Origin: Candidatus Wildermuthbacteria bacterium
GTDB lineage: Bacteria; Patescibacteriota; Minisyncoccia; Minisyncoccales; CAVTZN01
Direction: 5' to 3'
Assembly: GCA_963739285.1 (NCBI GenBank)
Contig: CAVTZN010000002.1
Coordinates: forward strand, 1,134-65,133
DNA length: 64,000 nucleotides
Shown: positions 10,330 through 20,912 of the stretch, piece after piece
How positions within the stretch are numbered: position 1 is the first letter of the stretch
How the letters are laid out: each line of letters starts with the position of its first letter
Position numbers and translations under genes: made by a program
The notes under the pieces: generated by a model
Told to the model about the DNA's origin: nothing
The model's input: the letters and a program-made list of their open reading frames with translations, nothing else
Databases searched by the model: none

Positions 10330-10404
10330 TGCCCTCGCCAGGATTCGAACCCGCACCCCCTGCTCCGAAGGCAGGTACTGATATCCGTTTCACTACCGAG
10401 GAGC
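10330..10404 (-). tRNA. tRNA-Arg(UCG), irregular acceptor/D region
   Basis: Anticodon arm CCTGC-CTTCGGA-GCAGG and T loop TTCGAAT. The acceptor pairs only if one T in GCTCCTCG is bulged, which may be an indel error. Confidence 0.55.
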
Positions 10405-10491
10405 CGCACAAAACTCTTTAAGTTTTTGTATAGGGCTTAATTATTTTAGCAAAAGAATTGAAAAAAACAATTTTTCAGATAAGATGAGAAT

Positions 10492-11805
10492 ATGAGCATC
10501 CCAAAAGAAGTTCAATCTGTTATCACCCGATTGAAAAAGAAGGATTTCCAGGCCTATATTGTCGGCGGTTGCGTCCGGGATTTTTTATCTGGAGTAACGC
10601 CAGAAGACTGGGATGTGACAACTGATGCCAAACCGGAAGAAATCCAAAAAATATTCCCAAAAAGTTTTTATGAAAATAAATTTTTAACCGTGACTGTCCA
10701 GACCGGAAGCAAAAACCCAAAACTCAAAGAAATTGAAATTACCACTTATCGTTCGGAAGCAAAATATACTGACAAACGTCATCCGGACGAGATTAAGTTT
10801 GCCAAGACCATTGAGGAGGATTTAGCGAGAAGAGATTTTACCGTTAATGCCATAGCCATGGACGAAAAATTAAAAATTATTGACCCCTTTGGAGGCCAGA
10901 AAGACCTTAAAAATAAAATTATTCGGGCGGTAGGAAATCCCAAAGACAGGTTTTCGGAAGATGCCCTGAGAATGATGAGGGCAGTAAGGTTTGCCACAAC
11001 CTTAGGATTTAAAATCGAGCCGAAAACCGCTGAAGCAATCAAAAAGAACGCTCAAGGATTGGAAGCAATTTCCAGAGAAAGAATCAGGGATGAATTTTTG
11101 AAAATCATCATGTCGGAAAAGGCGGCCGACGGGGTTGAGCTTTTGCGCCAAATCGGTTTATTAAAATATATCGTCCCCGAATTAGAAGAAGGCTACGGCG
11201 TCTCTCAAAACAAGCATCATATTTACGGATGTTATGAGCATTCAATTCTTTCTCTAAAATACGCTGCCCAAAAAAAATTCAACAAGTATGTCAGATTGGC
11301 GGCCCTGTTTCATGATATTGCCAAGCCCAGGACTAAAAAAGGGGAAGGGTTGGACTCCACTTTCTACGGCCACGAAGCCCTGGGGGCGAAAATGACAAAT
11401 CAGATTTTAAATCGTTTAAAGTTTCCCCAAAAAGAGATTGAAAAAATCACCAGATTGGTGAGATACCACCTTTTTTATTATAATGTTGACGAGGTTGGCG
11501 AAGCCTCGGTCAGAAGATTGGTCAGAAATGTTGAGCCCGAAAATATGGAAGAATTATTACAGGTCAGGATGGCAGACAGAATTGGTTCTGGCGTTCCCAA
11601 AGCCGAACCATATAAATTAAGACATTTAAAATATGTCATTGAAAAAGTTACCCAGGACCCGATCTCGGTCAAGATGTTGAAGGTTTCGGGAAATGACGTG
11701 ATGACGTCTTTGAAAATTAAATCAGGGCCTAAAATAGGACAAATTTTAGACATTTTATTAAGTTCTGTTTTAGAAACACCGAAAAAAACAAAAAAGATAT
11801 TTTAG
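10492..11805 (+). CDS. cca: CCA-adding tRNA nucleotidyltransferase with HD domain
   Basis: IVGGCVRDFL...DWDVTT, RDFTVNA, and an HD region (LFHDIAKP). Confidence 0.85.
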   Translation: MSIPKEVQSVITRLKKKDFQAYIVGGCVRDFLSGVTPEDWDVTTDAKPEEIQKIFPKSFYENKFLTVTVQTGSKNPKLKEIEITTYRSEAKYTDKRHPDEIKFAKTIEEDLARRDFTVNAIAMDEKLKIIDPFGGQKDLKNKIIRAVGNPKDRFSEDALRMMRAVRFATTLGFKIEPKTAEAIKKNAQGLEAISRERIRDEFLKIIMSEKAADGVELLRQIGLLKYIVPELEEGYGVSQNKHHIYGCYEHSILSLKYAAQKKFNKYVRLAALFHDIAKPRTKKGEGLDSTFYGHEALGAKMTNQILNRLKFPQKEIEKITRLVRYHLFYYNVDEVGEASVRRLVRNVEPENMEELLQVRMADRIGSGVPKAEPYKLRHLKYVIEKVTQDPISVKMLKVSGNDVMTSLKIKSGPKIGQILDILLSSVLETPKKTKKIF

Positions 11806-12091
11806 AAAAGGAAATAAAAAAATTGGGTAAATTCCCTGAAACGAACTTCAAAAGTTGGCCCAAAGAGCTGAAAAGGAAAGAAACAAAATAGAGACGAAAA
11901 GAGACGAGATGACGAAAGCTAAATATTGGGTGACTTAGCTCGGGAATACAATTTTTAGGACACGCTCTGTCCCGCCAGCGCGGGACAAGCTCCTTTCCTC
12001 GGCAAATTTTCGCCTTCGGCGAAACCATGCAATTTGCCTGCGGATGGTCCGTAAAAATTTGTTCTCTCGCACGCTAATTCTACATTAATTA

Positions 12092-12162
12092 CGGGGTGGA
12101 GTATGACGGTAGTACACATCCTTCGGGAGGATGTAGACTGGGTTCAACTCCCAGCACCCCGA
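12092..12162 (+). tRNA. tRNA-Pro(CGG)
   Basis: C1-G72 acceptor CGGGGTG/CACCCCG, anticodon arm CATCC-TTCGGGA-GGATG, T loop TTCAACT. Confidence 0.8.
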
Positions 12163-12188
12163 CAAAAACTTTTTAGAGTTTTTGTATA

Positions 12189-12259
12189 GGGCCTGTAGTT
12201 TAACGGTAGAACGGGGCATTCGCATTGCTCTGATGCGAGTTCAATTCTCGCCAGGTCCA
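12189..12259 (+). tRNA. tRNA-Ala(CGC)
   Basis: Acceptor GGGCCTG/CAGGTCC with a G3:U70 pair, anticodon loop TTCGCAT. Confidence 0.8.
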
Positions 12260-12261
12260 CT

Positions 12262-12642
12262 ATGACTTCCAAGGAATTGGGCGATTTGGGTGAAAAAATT
12301 GCCTCAGATTTCTTAAAAAAGAAAGGATATAAAATTTTGGAGAAAAATTATATTCCCAAATGGCTTCGAGGACCGGAGAAAAAAGAGATTGATATTATAG
12401 CTAGGAAAGATGATATAATTTCTTTTGTTGAAGTAAAAACTTTAAGTGGAGAAAGTCAAACATTTTTACCGGAAGATAAAGTTAATTTTCAAAAACAAAG
12501 AAAAATTCTAAGAGTTGCCGAGAGCTATCTTTTGGAAAAGAGAATTTCGCCTGAAACAAAATGCCAGGTTGACGTTATAGCCATTAACATTGATTTAAAT
12601 TTAAAGAAAGCCAAAATTAAACATCTTAAAAACGTTGCTTGA
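12262..12642 (+). CDS. yraN: YraN-family (UPF0102) endonuclease-like protein
   Basis: LGEKIASDFLKKKGYKILEKNY ... EIDIIARKDDIISFVEVKT. The ATG lies 2 nt after the tRNA-Ala 3' end. Confidence 0.8.
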   Translation: MTSKELGDLGEKIASDFLKKKGYKILEKNYIPKWLRGPEKKEIDIIARKDDIISFVEVKTLSGESQTFLPEDKVNFQKQRKILRVAESYLLEKRISPETKCQVDVIAINIDLNLKKAKIKHLKNVA

Positions 12643-12730
12643 CAAATGGATTTATTTTGCTAAACTAAAATTAGTCAAAGATTAGAAACGAATTTTTGTC
12701 CGTTGGGAAACGGACAATTTTATTAAAACC

Positions 12731-13982
12731 ATGGATATTAAGGAATTTACATCAGCCATTTCTCAAATAGCCGAGGAAAAGGGAATACCTTCTGAAAAGG
12801 TTATTGAGACCATTGAAATGGCCATTGCCGCGGCTTACAAAAAAGATTACGGAGAAAAAGGTCAGGTCATCAGGGCCAAACTTGATTCCGAAAGCGGCGA
12901 GGTAAAATTTTGGCAAGTAAAATTGGTAGTTAACGCCTCAATGATTTTTTCCGAAGAAGAATTAGAAAAAATGAAAGAGAAAAAGATTGAAGAAGGGCCT
13001 TCCTTCGAGAGGGCTGAGGAGGGCAAAGAGAAAGTCCGTTTTAATCCAGAAAGGCACATCATGTTAAATGAGGCTAAAAAGATAAAGCCCAAAATTAAAG
13101 CTGGCGAAGAATTAGAAATCCTTCTGGAAACCCACAAAGATTATGGCCGGATTGCCGCCCAGACTGCCAAACAAGTTATTTTACAAAGGATTCGAGAAGC
13201 GGAGAGAGAAACAATTCTTTCTGAATTTAAAGCGAAAGAAGGAGAAATTGTTTCGGGCATAGTTCAGAGGGTAGAGGGAGGAAATGTTTTTTTGGATATT
13301 GGCAAGACAGTCGGAATATTGCCGAGAGAAGAACAGGTCCAAGGGGAATTTTATCGAATGGGACAGAGACTCAAAGTTTATCTTTTGAAAGTGGAAGATT
13401 CTTCCAAAGGGTCCGGTGATTTTTCTATCAAGAGTCTATCCCAAAATAATTTCTAAACTTTTTGAATTAGAAGTCCCGGAAATTGCCCAAGGGCAAGTGG
13501 TGATAAAATCAATTGCCAGGGAGGCGGGCTCAAGGTCAAAAATCGCTGTTACCTCTCTGTCAGAAAGCGTTGACCCGATAGGTTCAATGGTCGGTCAAAA
13601 GGGAACAAGGGTGGCGGCAGTCATTAATGAACTGGGCGGAGAAAAAATAGACATTATCGAATGGGCAGAGGATTCTGAAAGGTATCTGGCCAATAGTTTG
13701 TCTCCGGCCAAAGTTTTAGAAGTGAAAATCGAACCAAAAAACAAGGCCGTGGTTATTGTCCCCGAAGACCAGCTGTCTTTGGCCATTGGTAAAGAGGGCC
13801 AGAACGTCAGATTGGCCGCCAAATTAACCGGCTGGAAAATTGATGTCAGGGGCCCGGCAGCCGAGGAAACAGCAGAAGTTAAAGAAGCAGAGGAGGCGGA
13901 AGAGAAAGTGGAAAAAGAAGAAAAAAAGGGAAAGACCCTCCTCCGAAGCTGCGGAGGGCAAGGAGGAAAAAGAAAAAACTAA
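12731..13982 (+). CDS. nusA: transcription termination/antitermination factor NusA, +1 frameshift at about 13417-13425 (aaaggg run)
   Basis: The N-terminal domain and S1 are in ORF 12731-13456. KGPVIFLSRVYPKIISKLFELEVPEI plus the KH domains are in ORF 13416-13982. Confidence 0.9.
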
Positions 13983-14054
13983 AAAAAAGACAAAGAAAGA
14001 GAAAAAGACAAAGTCGACCCCGAACTAAAGATTTTAATTATATTTTTTAAAATT

Positions 14055-15999
14055 ATGTTCTATCTCCCCATTATTATTTCTCTCTTTACTTTAATTTTTA
14101 CTTTTTTTCTGATTCAAAAAATCAAAAAAGCCCCGACTGGGACCGGAGAAGCTCTCAAAATCTCTCAGGCCATCAGAGAAGGAGCTCTTTCTTATTTAAA
14201 AAGGCAGTATAAAGCCATTGGCTTAGTTGCCCTGATTATTTTTTTCCTTCTTGGAATAGCCCTGGGCTGGAAAATTGCTTTCGGGTTTTTAATTGGAGCT
14301 TCAGCCTCGGGCGTATCGGGCTTCATCGGGATGATGGTTTCCACGCAGGCTAACCTTAGGGTAGCCGAAGCCGCCAAAAAAGGATTAAAGAGCGCCTTGT
14401 CCTTGTCTTTCCAGGGAGGAGCGGTGACCGGTCTTTTAGTTGGGGCTCTCGGACTTCTTTCTATTTCTCTTTTTTATCTTTTGACCCATGATTTAAAAGG
14501 TTTGGTGGCGTTGGGTTTCGGCGGTTCTTTAATTTCGGTTTTTGCCAGATTGGGCGGAGGAATTTTTACCAAAGCCGCTGATGTTGGCGCGGATTTAGTT
14601 GGCAAGATGGAAAAAGGAATTCCGGAAGATGACCCGCGTAACCCCGCGGTTATTGCCGACCAGGTTGGTGATAATGTCGGCGATTGCGCCGGTATGGCGG
14701 CTGATCTTTTTGAAACTTACGTTGTCACTTTGGTCGCCGGAATGCTCTTGGGAAGTTTGATTTTTCCGACCATTAAGGAAGCGATTTTGCTGCCTTTAAT
14801 GTTGGGATCAATTGCTCTTTTGGCTTCAATCTTGGCCACTTTCTTTGTCAGGCTAAGAGGAGAAAACATTATCGGCGCTCTTTATAAAGGACTGGGAGCG
14901 GCGGCCATTATTTCGGCAATCGGTTTTTATCCCGGTAATTAAGGAGCTGGGGAAAAATTTAACCGATTCTCCGTTCTCTCTTTATCTCTGCGCCATAATC
15001 GGCCTTTTGATAGCCACCGGCATCTTTTTAATTACAGAATACTTCACCTCTAAAAAACACCAGCCGGTTCAATCAATTGTTAAGGCCTCAACCAGCGGCC
15101 ACGCTACTAATATCATTGCTGGTTTGGCTGTCGGCATGAAGTCAACTGCTTTGCCCATAATTCTTATTTGCCTGGGAATTTTATTTAGCTTCTGGCTGGC
15201 CGGTCTCTATGGACTTGTCATTGCCGCCTGTTCAATGCTTTCTTTGGTGGGCATAATTATTGCCTTGGATTCTTACGGTCCGATTACTGATAACGCCTCA
15301 GGCATTGTTGAAATGTCAGGCCAGGGAGAGGAAGTGAGAAAAGTCACTGACTCCTTGGATGCTATTGGCAATACCACTAAAGCCGTGACCAAAGGTTATG
15401 CCATTGCTTCAGCCGGTTTGGCTGCCTTAGTTCTTTTCTCTGCCTATACTCAGGAGATTATTGGCTTGGGTGGGAAAATTCAATTTCTTTTGGAGGATCC
15501 CAGAGTTTTAGTCGGCCTATTTATTGGAGGATTATTGCCTTATTTCTTTGCCTCCTTGGCCATGGAGGCGGTTGGTAAGACCGCCGCCAAAGTAGTTGAC
15601 GAAGTGAGAAGGCAGTTTCGGGAAATTGCGGGAATAATGGAGGGCACGGCTTTGCCGAAATACGGCCTCTGCGTTGATATTGTGACCAAGGCAGCAATTA
15701 AAAAAATGATAATTCCGGCCTTAATTCCGGTGATTACCCCGATTTTGGTTGGCTTTATTTTAGGACCGGAAGCTTTGGGCGGTCTTTTGGTTGGCTCGAT
15801 TGTTACCGGTCTTTTTATTGCTATTTCCATGACTTCAGGGGGAGCGGCTTGGGACAATGCCAAAAAATACATTGAGGAAGGAAATTTGGGAGGTAAAGGA
15901 AGTTTCGCCCATCAGGCAGCCGTGACTGGAGACACGGTCGGCGACCCTTACAAAGATACAGCCGGACCGGCGATTAATCCGATGATTAAAGGTACTTAA
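14055..15999 (+). CDS. hppA: membrane-bound proton/sodium-translocating pyrophosphatase, frameshift near 14925-14940
   Basis: [33 protein letters not shown], and [11 protein letters not shown]...[21 protein letters not shown]. Confidence 0.9.
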
Positions 16000-16051
16000 T
16001 ATTGTGGCATTGTTAATTGTTGGTTTCTTGGTGTAAATAAAAGCACCGATG

Positions 16052-16702
16052 TTAATCGGTGCTTAATCTGAGCCCAAAAAGTTCTGCTCTTTTTTTAAAC
16101 TTTTCTTTGTTTTCATCTTCCCAAGGGAGATATTGGAGATTTTCCGGGCTTCTCAATCCGTAAAGTAATAGATCGATTACTTCTTTTGATGGATTACCGA
16201 GCTTGATCACTGCCCCTCTTCTTATCGGAAAAATCTGGCCAGTTACCAAGGTTGGCACATTGGGATAATAAACATTTATCAAAGTAAATGAAGCTTTCTC
16301 TTTGTTTAATTTAACTTTTTCCTCCGAGAGTATCCAGCCATAAGAGGGGCAGGTAGGCGAAAATAAAAAGAGACAGGGGGTAAGATTAAATAGTCTGTCG
16401 AGAGTTATCATTTTCCCCTCTCCTTTTCTGAAGAATATTCCCAAAATTGGAACTCTCGAAAGAAAATCCCCGACAACTGTTTTCTTGAGGATTACACCAG
16501 TTAGATAAAGCACTATTATCCCCAATATTATTCCAAATCCTGGATATACAAATTGGGCAGGCAAAAAAAGATTTAATACACTCTTTCCAATCTCTTCAAG
16601 CTTACTAAAAACAACAACAAGCACAGCGATTATAATTACCATGGGCAGCCAAATAACTAGGCCTGAAAACAGATATCCAAATTGATTTTTAACGAACTTC
16701 AT
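16052..16702 (-). CDS. DUF502-family membrane protein
   Basis: Two N-terminal TM helices, FLSRVPILGIFF, and YYPNVPTLVTGQIFPIRRGAVIKL. Confidence 0.55.
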   Translation of the reverse strand: MKFVKNQFGYLFSGLVIWLPMVIIIAVLVVVFSKLEEIGKSVLNLFLPAQFVYPGFGIILGIIVLYLTGVILKKTVVGDFLSRVPILGIFFRKGEGKMITLDRLFNLTPCLFLFSPTCPSYGWILSEEKVKLNKEKASFTLINVYYPNVPTLVTGQIFPIRRGAVIKLGNPSKEVIDLLLYGLRSPENLQYLPWEDENKEKFKKRAELFGLRLSTD

Positions 16703-16749
16703 CTTATACCTCCTGATTTTTTGATTAGCATTCTTTTAAGAAAAAGTCA

Positions 16750-17972
16750 ATGAGACATACAATTCAAAAATTGCCAAAATCTCAGGTTGAGATTTTTTTT
16801 GAAATTCCGGCCGAGGAATTTAAAGATTATTTTGACGAAGCTGTTTTGAATTTGGGCAAAGATCTTGAATTTGAAGGATTCCGTAAGGGCAAGGCGCCAA
16901 AAGAAATTGTTGAAAAAGAATTAAATCCTGGCAAAATTTTGGAAGAAGCCGCCAATTTGGCGGCAAGAAAAAGTTATATTAAGGTAGTTTTGGAAGATAA
17001 AATTGAAGCGATTGGAAAACCAGAAATTCAGGTGACAAAACTTGCTAAAGGAAATCCATTGGAATTCAAGGCCAAGGTTGCGATAATTCCCGAAATGGAT
17101 TTACCTGATTATAAAAACATTGCTTCAAAAATTAAACCAAAAGAAGTTTTTGTTGAAGAAAAAGAAGTTGAAGAAGCGATAAGCTTTTTTACAAAAATCC
17201 CGGGCTAAACTTTCAGCCAAAAACTACTGCCTCTGAAATCGGAGATTTCCTGGAGATTTCTTTTCAGTCTCCCCAAATTGAAGAAGGAAAATCTCAGAAA
17301 GATTCTTTTATTTTGGGTCAAGGCCATTTTATCCCTGGCTTTGAAGAAAACCTCACGGGCTTGGGTGCAGGGGCAGAAAAAGAATTCTCTTTAACTTTTC
17401 CAGAAAATCATCTTCAAAAGAATTTAGCCGGCAAACCAGTTGATTTTAAAGTTAAAATTATCTCGGTCAAAAAAATCGAATTGCCGGAGATTAACGACAA
17501 TTGGGTAAAATCACTGGGGAATTTCGAAAATTTAGAAGGTTTAAAGAAAAACCTCCGAGAAGGAATTAAGGCAGAAAAAAACGAGGAGGAGAGGCAGAGA
17601 AATCGAACTGAGATTTTAGAAAAAATTTCCGAAGAAACTTCTTTGGAAATTCCTGATATTTTAATTGATTTTGAAAAAGAGAGAATGGTTGAAGAACTGA
17701 AAGCGAGTCTTCAGAACCAATTTCAGATGAGCTTTATTGATTATTTAACAAAAATTAAAAAGACGGAGGAGGAACTAAAAGAATCTTTTTCGCCAGAAGC
17801 GGAAAAAAGAGTGAAAAACTTTCTCATTTTGAGAGAAATTGCGAAAAGAGAGAATGTTCCGGTTTCAGAAAAGGAAATTGAAGAAAAAATAAACGAAGTT
17901 TTTAAGAATTACCCAGGAGCTGAAAAAGCCCCAAAGGAGGTTGACCTTAGAGAAATTAAAAGAGTATTATGA
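16750..17972 (+). CDS. tig: trigger factor, frameshifted between 17200 and 17320
   Basis: The N-terminal ribosome-binding domain (FEGFRKGKAPKEIVEK) is in ORF 1. The PPIase-like and C-terminal domains are in ORF 2. tig-clpP synteny is conserved. Confidence 0.85.
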
Positions 17973-18017
17973 AGGAGTAATCAGAAACGAAAAAGTATTT
18001 CAATTACTTGAAAATTT

Positions 18018-18603
18018 ATGAACCTTATCCCCACAGTTATAGAAAAATCACAATACGGCGAACGCGCTTACGATATTTATTCACGCCTTTTGAAAGATAG
18101 AATTATTTTTTTGGCTAGCGTAATTACTGATCAAGTTGCTAATTCTGTCATTGCCCAGATGTTACACTTGGCTTCCAAAGACCCAAACAAGGACATTCAG
18201 ATTTATATTAATTCACCTGGCGGTTCGGTGACAGCCGGAATGGCAATTTACGACACCATGCAATACGTGAAGCCGGATATTTCAACTGTCTGCATCGGAT
18301 TGGCCGGTTCCATGGGAGCCACCATTTTGGCGGCTGGCGCCAAAGGCAAAAGATTCGCCCTGCCCAATTCTGAAATTTTGCTTCATCAGGTAATGGGTGA
18401 GGCTGGCGGTCAGGCCATAGAAATTGAAATTACGGCAAAACAAATTATTAAAATTAAAGATAAGCTAAATAAAATTTTAGCCAAACACACCGGTCAGCCC
18501 TTAGAGAAGGTGGAGAAAGATACCGACCGTGACTTTTACTTATCAGTCTGAGGAAGCCAAAACCTACGGCATTATCGACGAGGTAATTAAAACAAAAGAA
18601 TAA
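18018..18603 (+). CDS. clpP: ATP-dependent Clp protease proteolytic subunit; single-base frameshift near 18545
   Basis: [29 protein letters not shown] and GLAGSMGA. The C-terminus (S)[17 protein letters not shown] continues in the next frame. Confidence 0.9.
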
Positions 18604-18629
18604 AATAAGATATTGAAAAGTAAAAAAAA

Positions 18630-18655
18630 GCCGCCTGACAGCGGTTTTTTGTTTT
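18630..18655 (+). terminator. intrinsic terminator after clpP
   Basis: GCCGC-CTGACA-GCGG hairpin followed by TTTTTTGTTTT. Confidence 0.6.
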
Positions 18656-18671
18656 ATGGCTGGGGGGCTTG

Positions 18672-18975
18672 ACCCCCACACCTAATCAGCATAAGATAAT
18701 CTCATGTATTTCTTTTATATTCTGAAAAGCAAGAAATCAAGAAAATTATACTTAGGATATACGAATGATCTTCGAAAAAGACTTAAAGAACATAATCAAG
18801 GATTGTCAAAAGCCACAAAACCATATATTCCCTGGCAAATCGTATATTACGAAGCTTATCTTTCAAAAGAAGAGGCCATAAAAAGAGAAAACAACCTTAA
18901 ACTGCGAGCAAATGCCTGGAATCAACTGAGACTAAGAATCAAAAAGAGTATTCAATGTTGATTAGGTGTGGGGGT
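18672..18975 (+). mobile_element. GIY-YIG ORF cassette bounded by perfect 17-bp inverted repeats
   Basis: ACCCCCACACCTAATCA at 18672-18688 is the exact reverse complement of TGATTAGGTGTGGGGGT at 18959-18975. The right repeat overlaps the ORF stop codon. Confidence 0.45.
18704..18961 (+). CDS. GIY-YIG nuclease-domain protein (UPF0213/YhbQ-like)
   Basis: FFYILKSKKSRKLYLGYTNDLRKRLKEHNQG, the GIY-(x10)-YIG type motif. Confidence 0.75.
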   Translation: MYFFYILKSKKSRKLYLGYTNDLRKRLKEHNQGLSKATKPYIPWQIVYYEAYLSKEEAIKRENNLKLRANAWNQLRLRIKKSIQC

Positions 18976-19002
18976 TGACAAATCTTGAGAAAGGAGTATA
19001 AT
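18975..19002 (+). promoter_or_regulatory. near-consensus sigma70-type promoter
   Basis: TTGACA (18975-18980), a 16-nt spacer, then TATAAT (18997-19002), about 85 nt upstream of the ORF at 19089. Confidence 0.5.
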
Positions 19003-19088
19003 TGAGGTAGGAGTTAAAGTCGTTCTTCTACAACTTCATAAGGCTGAAACTCCAGAAATAAACCAAAAAGGAGAAAAAAGGAGAAAAA

Positions 19089-19640
19089 ATGAAAACGAAA
19101 AGGATTGCGATTATAGCCTTGATGATGGTGGTGGTGATTGTGATGCCATTGTTCGCCGGTTGCATGGTCCCCCAAAACGTCCAGGACGAGCTGGATCAGC
19201 TACGTGCCGATAAGAAGCAGTGGACGGAGGTGGATAGGCCAGCACTGGAAAAAGAGATTGCTGCGCTGAAAAATGTCCCGGTACTAGCCCCAAGCCCCCA
19301 AGACCCGACTTACTCAGACTTGATGGATTGGATTGCCCGGGACCAGACAAATACCCTTACATTTACCCCGATGGGGTATTACGCAACGACACTTTTTGCC
19401 TTTGCGCGGATGGCAGGAATTAAACTCTATATGGTCAGGGTAACGATTGTCGGTCCACCTCAACAATACTGGTACTTCTGCGCTTCCCACACTACTACTA
19501 CCGGTAAAGAGTTGGTTTATCTCCTTCCCTCTGAAGACAGGGAGATAACGCTCGTGCCCGGGAAGAAGCTTCATGAACTTATCGGCGGTCCCGAGTACGT
19601 TCAGGATGATACAATCCTAAAGATTGAGTTATTTGAGTGA
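19089..19640 (+). CDS. putative lipoprotein, no recognised domain, in a GC-rich island
   Basis: Signal peptide with a lipobox (PLFAGC) and a GGAGAAAAAA RBS-like upstream sequence. GC is markedly higher than in the flanks. Confidence 0.6.
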   Translation: MKTKRIAIIALMMVVVIVMPLFAGCMVPQNVQDELDQLRADKKQWTEVDRPALEKEIAALKNVPVLAPSPQDPTYSDLMDWIARDQTNTLTFTPMGYYATTLFAFARMAGIKLYMVRVTIVGPPQQYWYFCASHTTTTGKELVYLLPSEDREITLVPGKKLHELIGGPEYVQDDTILKIELFE

Positions 19641-19683
19641 GTCGGCTATGGCAAGCCGGTCGTTAAAGCGAAGGGACCATGGA

Positions 19684-19721
19684 GGGGCTGCTACTTGTTT
19701 AAAATTCAAGCAGCCCCTTTT
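19684..19721 (+). terminator. intrinsic terminator
   Basis: GGGGCTGC ... GCAGCCCC 8-bp stem followed by TTTT. Confidence 0.55.
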
Positions 19722-19785
19722 AAATTTCTTTAAATAAATTATTTTTATTTGTTTAAGTCATATTTTTAATGATATAAATAATAAT

Positions 19786-20900
19786 ATGAAAGAAAAAAAT
19801 AATAATTTCCCATCTGATTATCAGTCAGTTTGTCGAGTTGAGAATTTTTTCGAAAATCTTGTCCAAAAAATTATTGGGAAATTGACTTTGGAAGAGGATA
19901 AAAAGCCCTCTTTTATTTATGCTCACCCTGCTTTAATTTTTTTAACTACCACCCGTTGTAATTTCAATTGTCCCCATTGTTTAAGGCAAATTGTTGATGG
20001 TGGCAAAACAATAATAAAAGATATGCCCATTTCAGTTTTCGAAACAGCATTGAGGGAGGGTAAAAAGATTGGGCTGAGAAGAGCTTCCTTCACCGGCGGC
20101 GAAACTATTTTGCATCCCCAATTCAGGGAATTAGTCGAATTAACTAAAAAATACAATTATAATTTTAGGATAGTAAGCAACGGCTGGTTCTATAAAGATT
20201 ATTTACCAATTATTAATTCTGCCAGAAAAAATTTTGATGTAATTTGTTTCAGTTTAGACGGAGCAACGGCTGAAGTTCACGATAGTTTTAGAAATAAACC
20301 AGGTTCTTTTAAAAGAATAATTGAAGCAATAAAGCTCTATAGAAAAAATCAGATACCCGTAACATTGCAGACCTGTCTTAATAAAAAAAATTACGACCAA
20401 ATTGAGGGAATTGTGAATCTTTGTTTAAAATTTGGAATAGAAAGTTTAAGCTTTATGATAGAAATACCCATTTCAAGGTCAGGGTTAACAAATCAGGAAC
20501 TTTCTGAGATCGTTCAAAAAATGGCATATCTCAGAGAAAAAGTAAAAAATAGAGTTTTTATTGCGCCCTGCGCCTCATTTTTTCAGAAAGAGGCAATATT
20601 AGAAAGGAAATTAATTTCTGCCCCGTTTTAGGGATACGGACTAGAACCATATATTGATCCGAAGAAGGGGGAATGATTTTTTGCTGTGATATTTTTCAAA
20701 AATGTAGCCAAAAACCCTTGATTCAAAAAGAGGGTTTTGAAAAATCTTACAGAATATGTTTAGAGACAGCAAACCAGATTAAAAAACAACGGCTTTATGA
20801 CATCTTCAATAATCCGGAAGGAGTAATTGGCACCTGCGATTACTGCAATAAACACGTTGAAAAAGCCCTTAAAATGGCAAGGAAAATAGAAAAATTATAA
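19786..20900 (+). CDS. radical SAM enzyme with C-terminal SPASM-like Cys-rich domain (several frameshifts at 20580-20675)
   Basis: CNFNCPHC (CxxxCxxC), then GGETILHP. The C-terminal Cys motifs are spread over three frames (NFCPVLG, YIDPKKGEMIFCCDIFQKC, GTCDYCNKH). Confidence 0.75.
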
Positions 20901-20912
20901 AGCGTAAGAATT

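Noticed and set aside
11729-12028. 99-aa minus-strand ORF in the cca to tRNA-Pro spacer.
   Set aside because: It has no RBS or homology. The region consists of AT-rich spacer plus GC-rich hairpins (GTCCCGC-CAG-GCGGGAC, TTCGCC-TTC-GGCGAA), and the open frame is incidental.
8830-12642. A possible defence island (NYN nuclease, YraN endonuclease, the GIY-YIG gene at 18704, the paired NUDIX genes at 27.4-28.3 kb, the ComM ATPase at 3247).
   Set aside because: The genes are dispersed among housekeeping operons and each is a common stand-alone family. I saw no co-localised sensor/effector pairs, methyltransferase-restriction pairs, toxin-antitoxin pairs, Cas, or retron-like reverse transcriptase.
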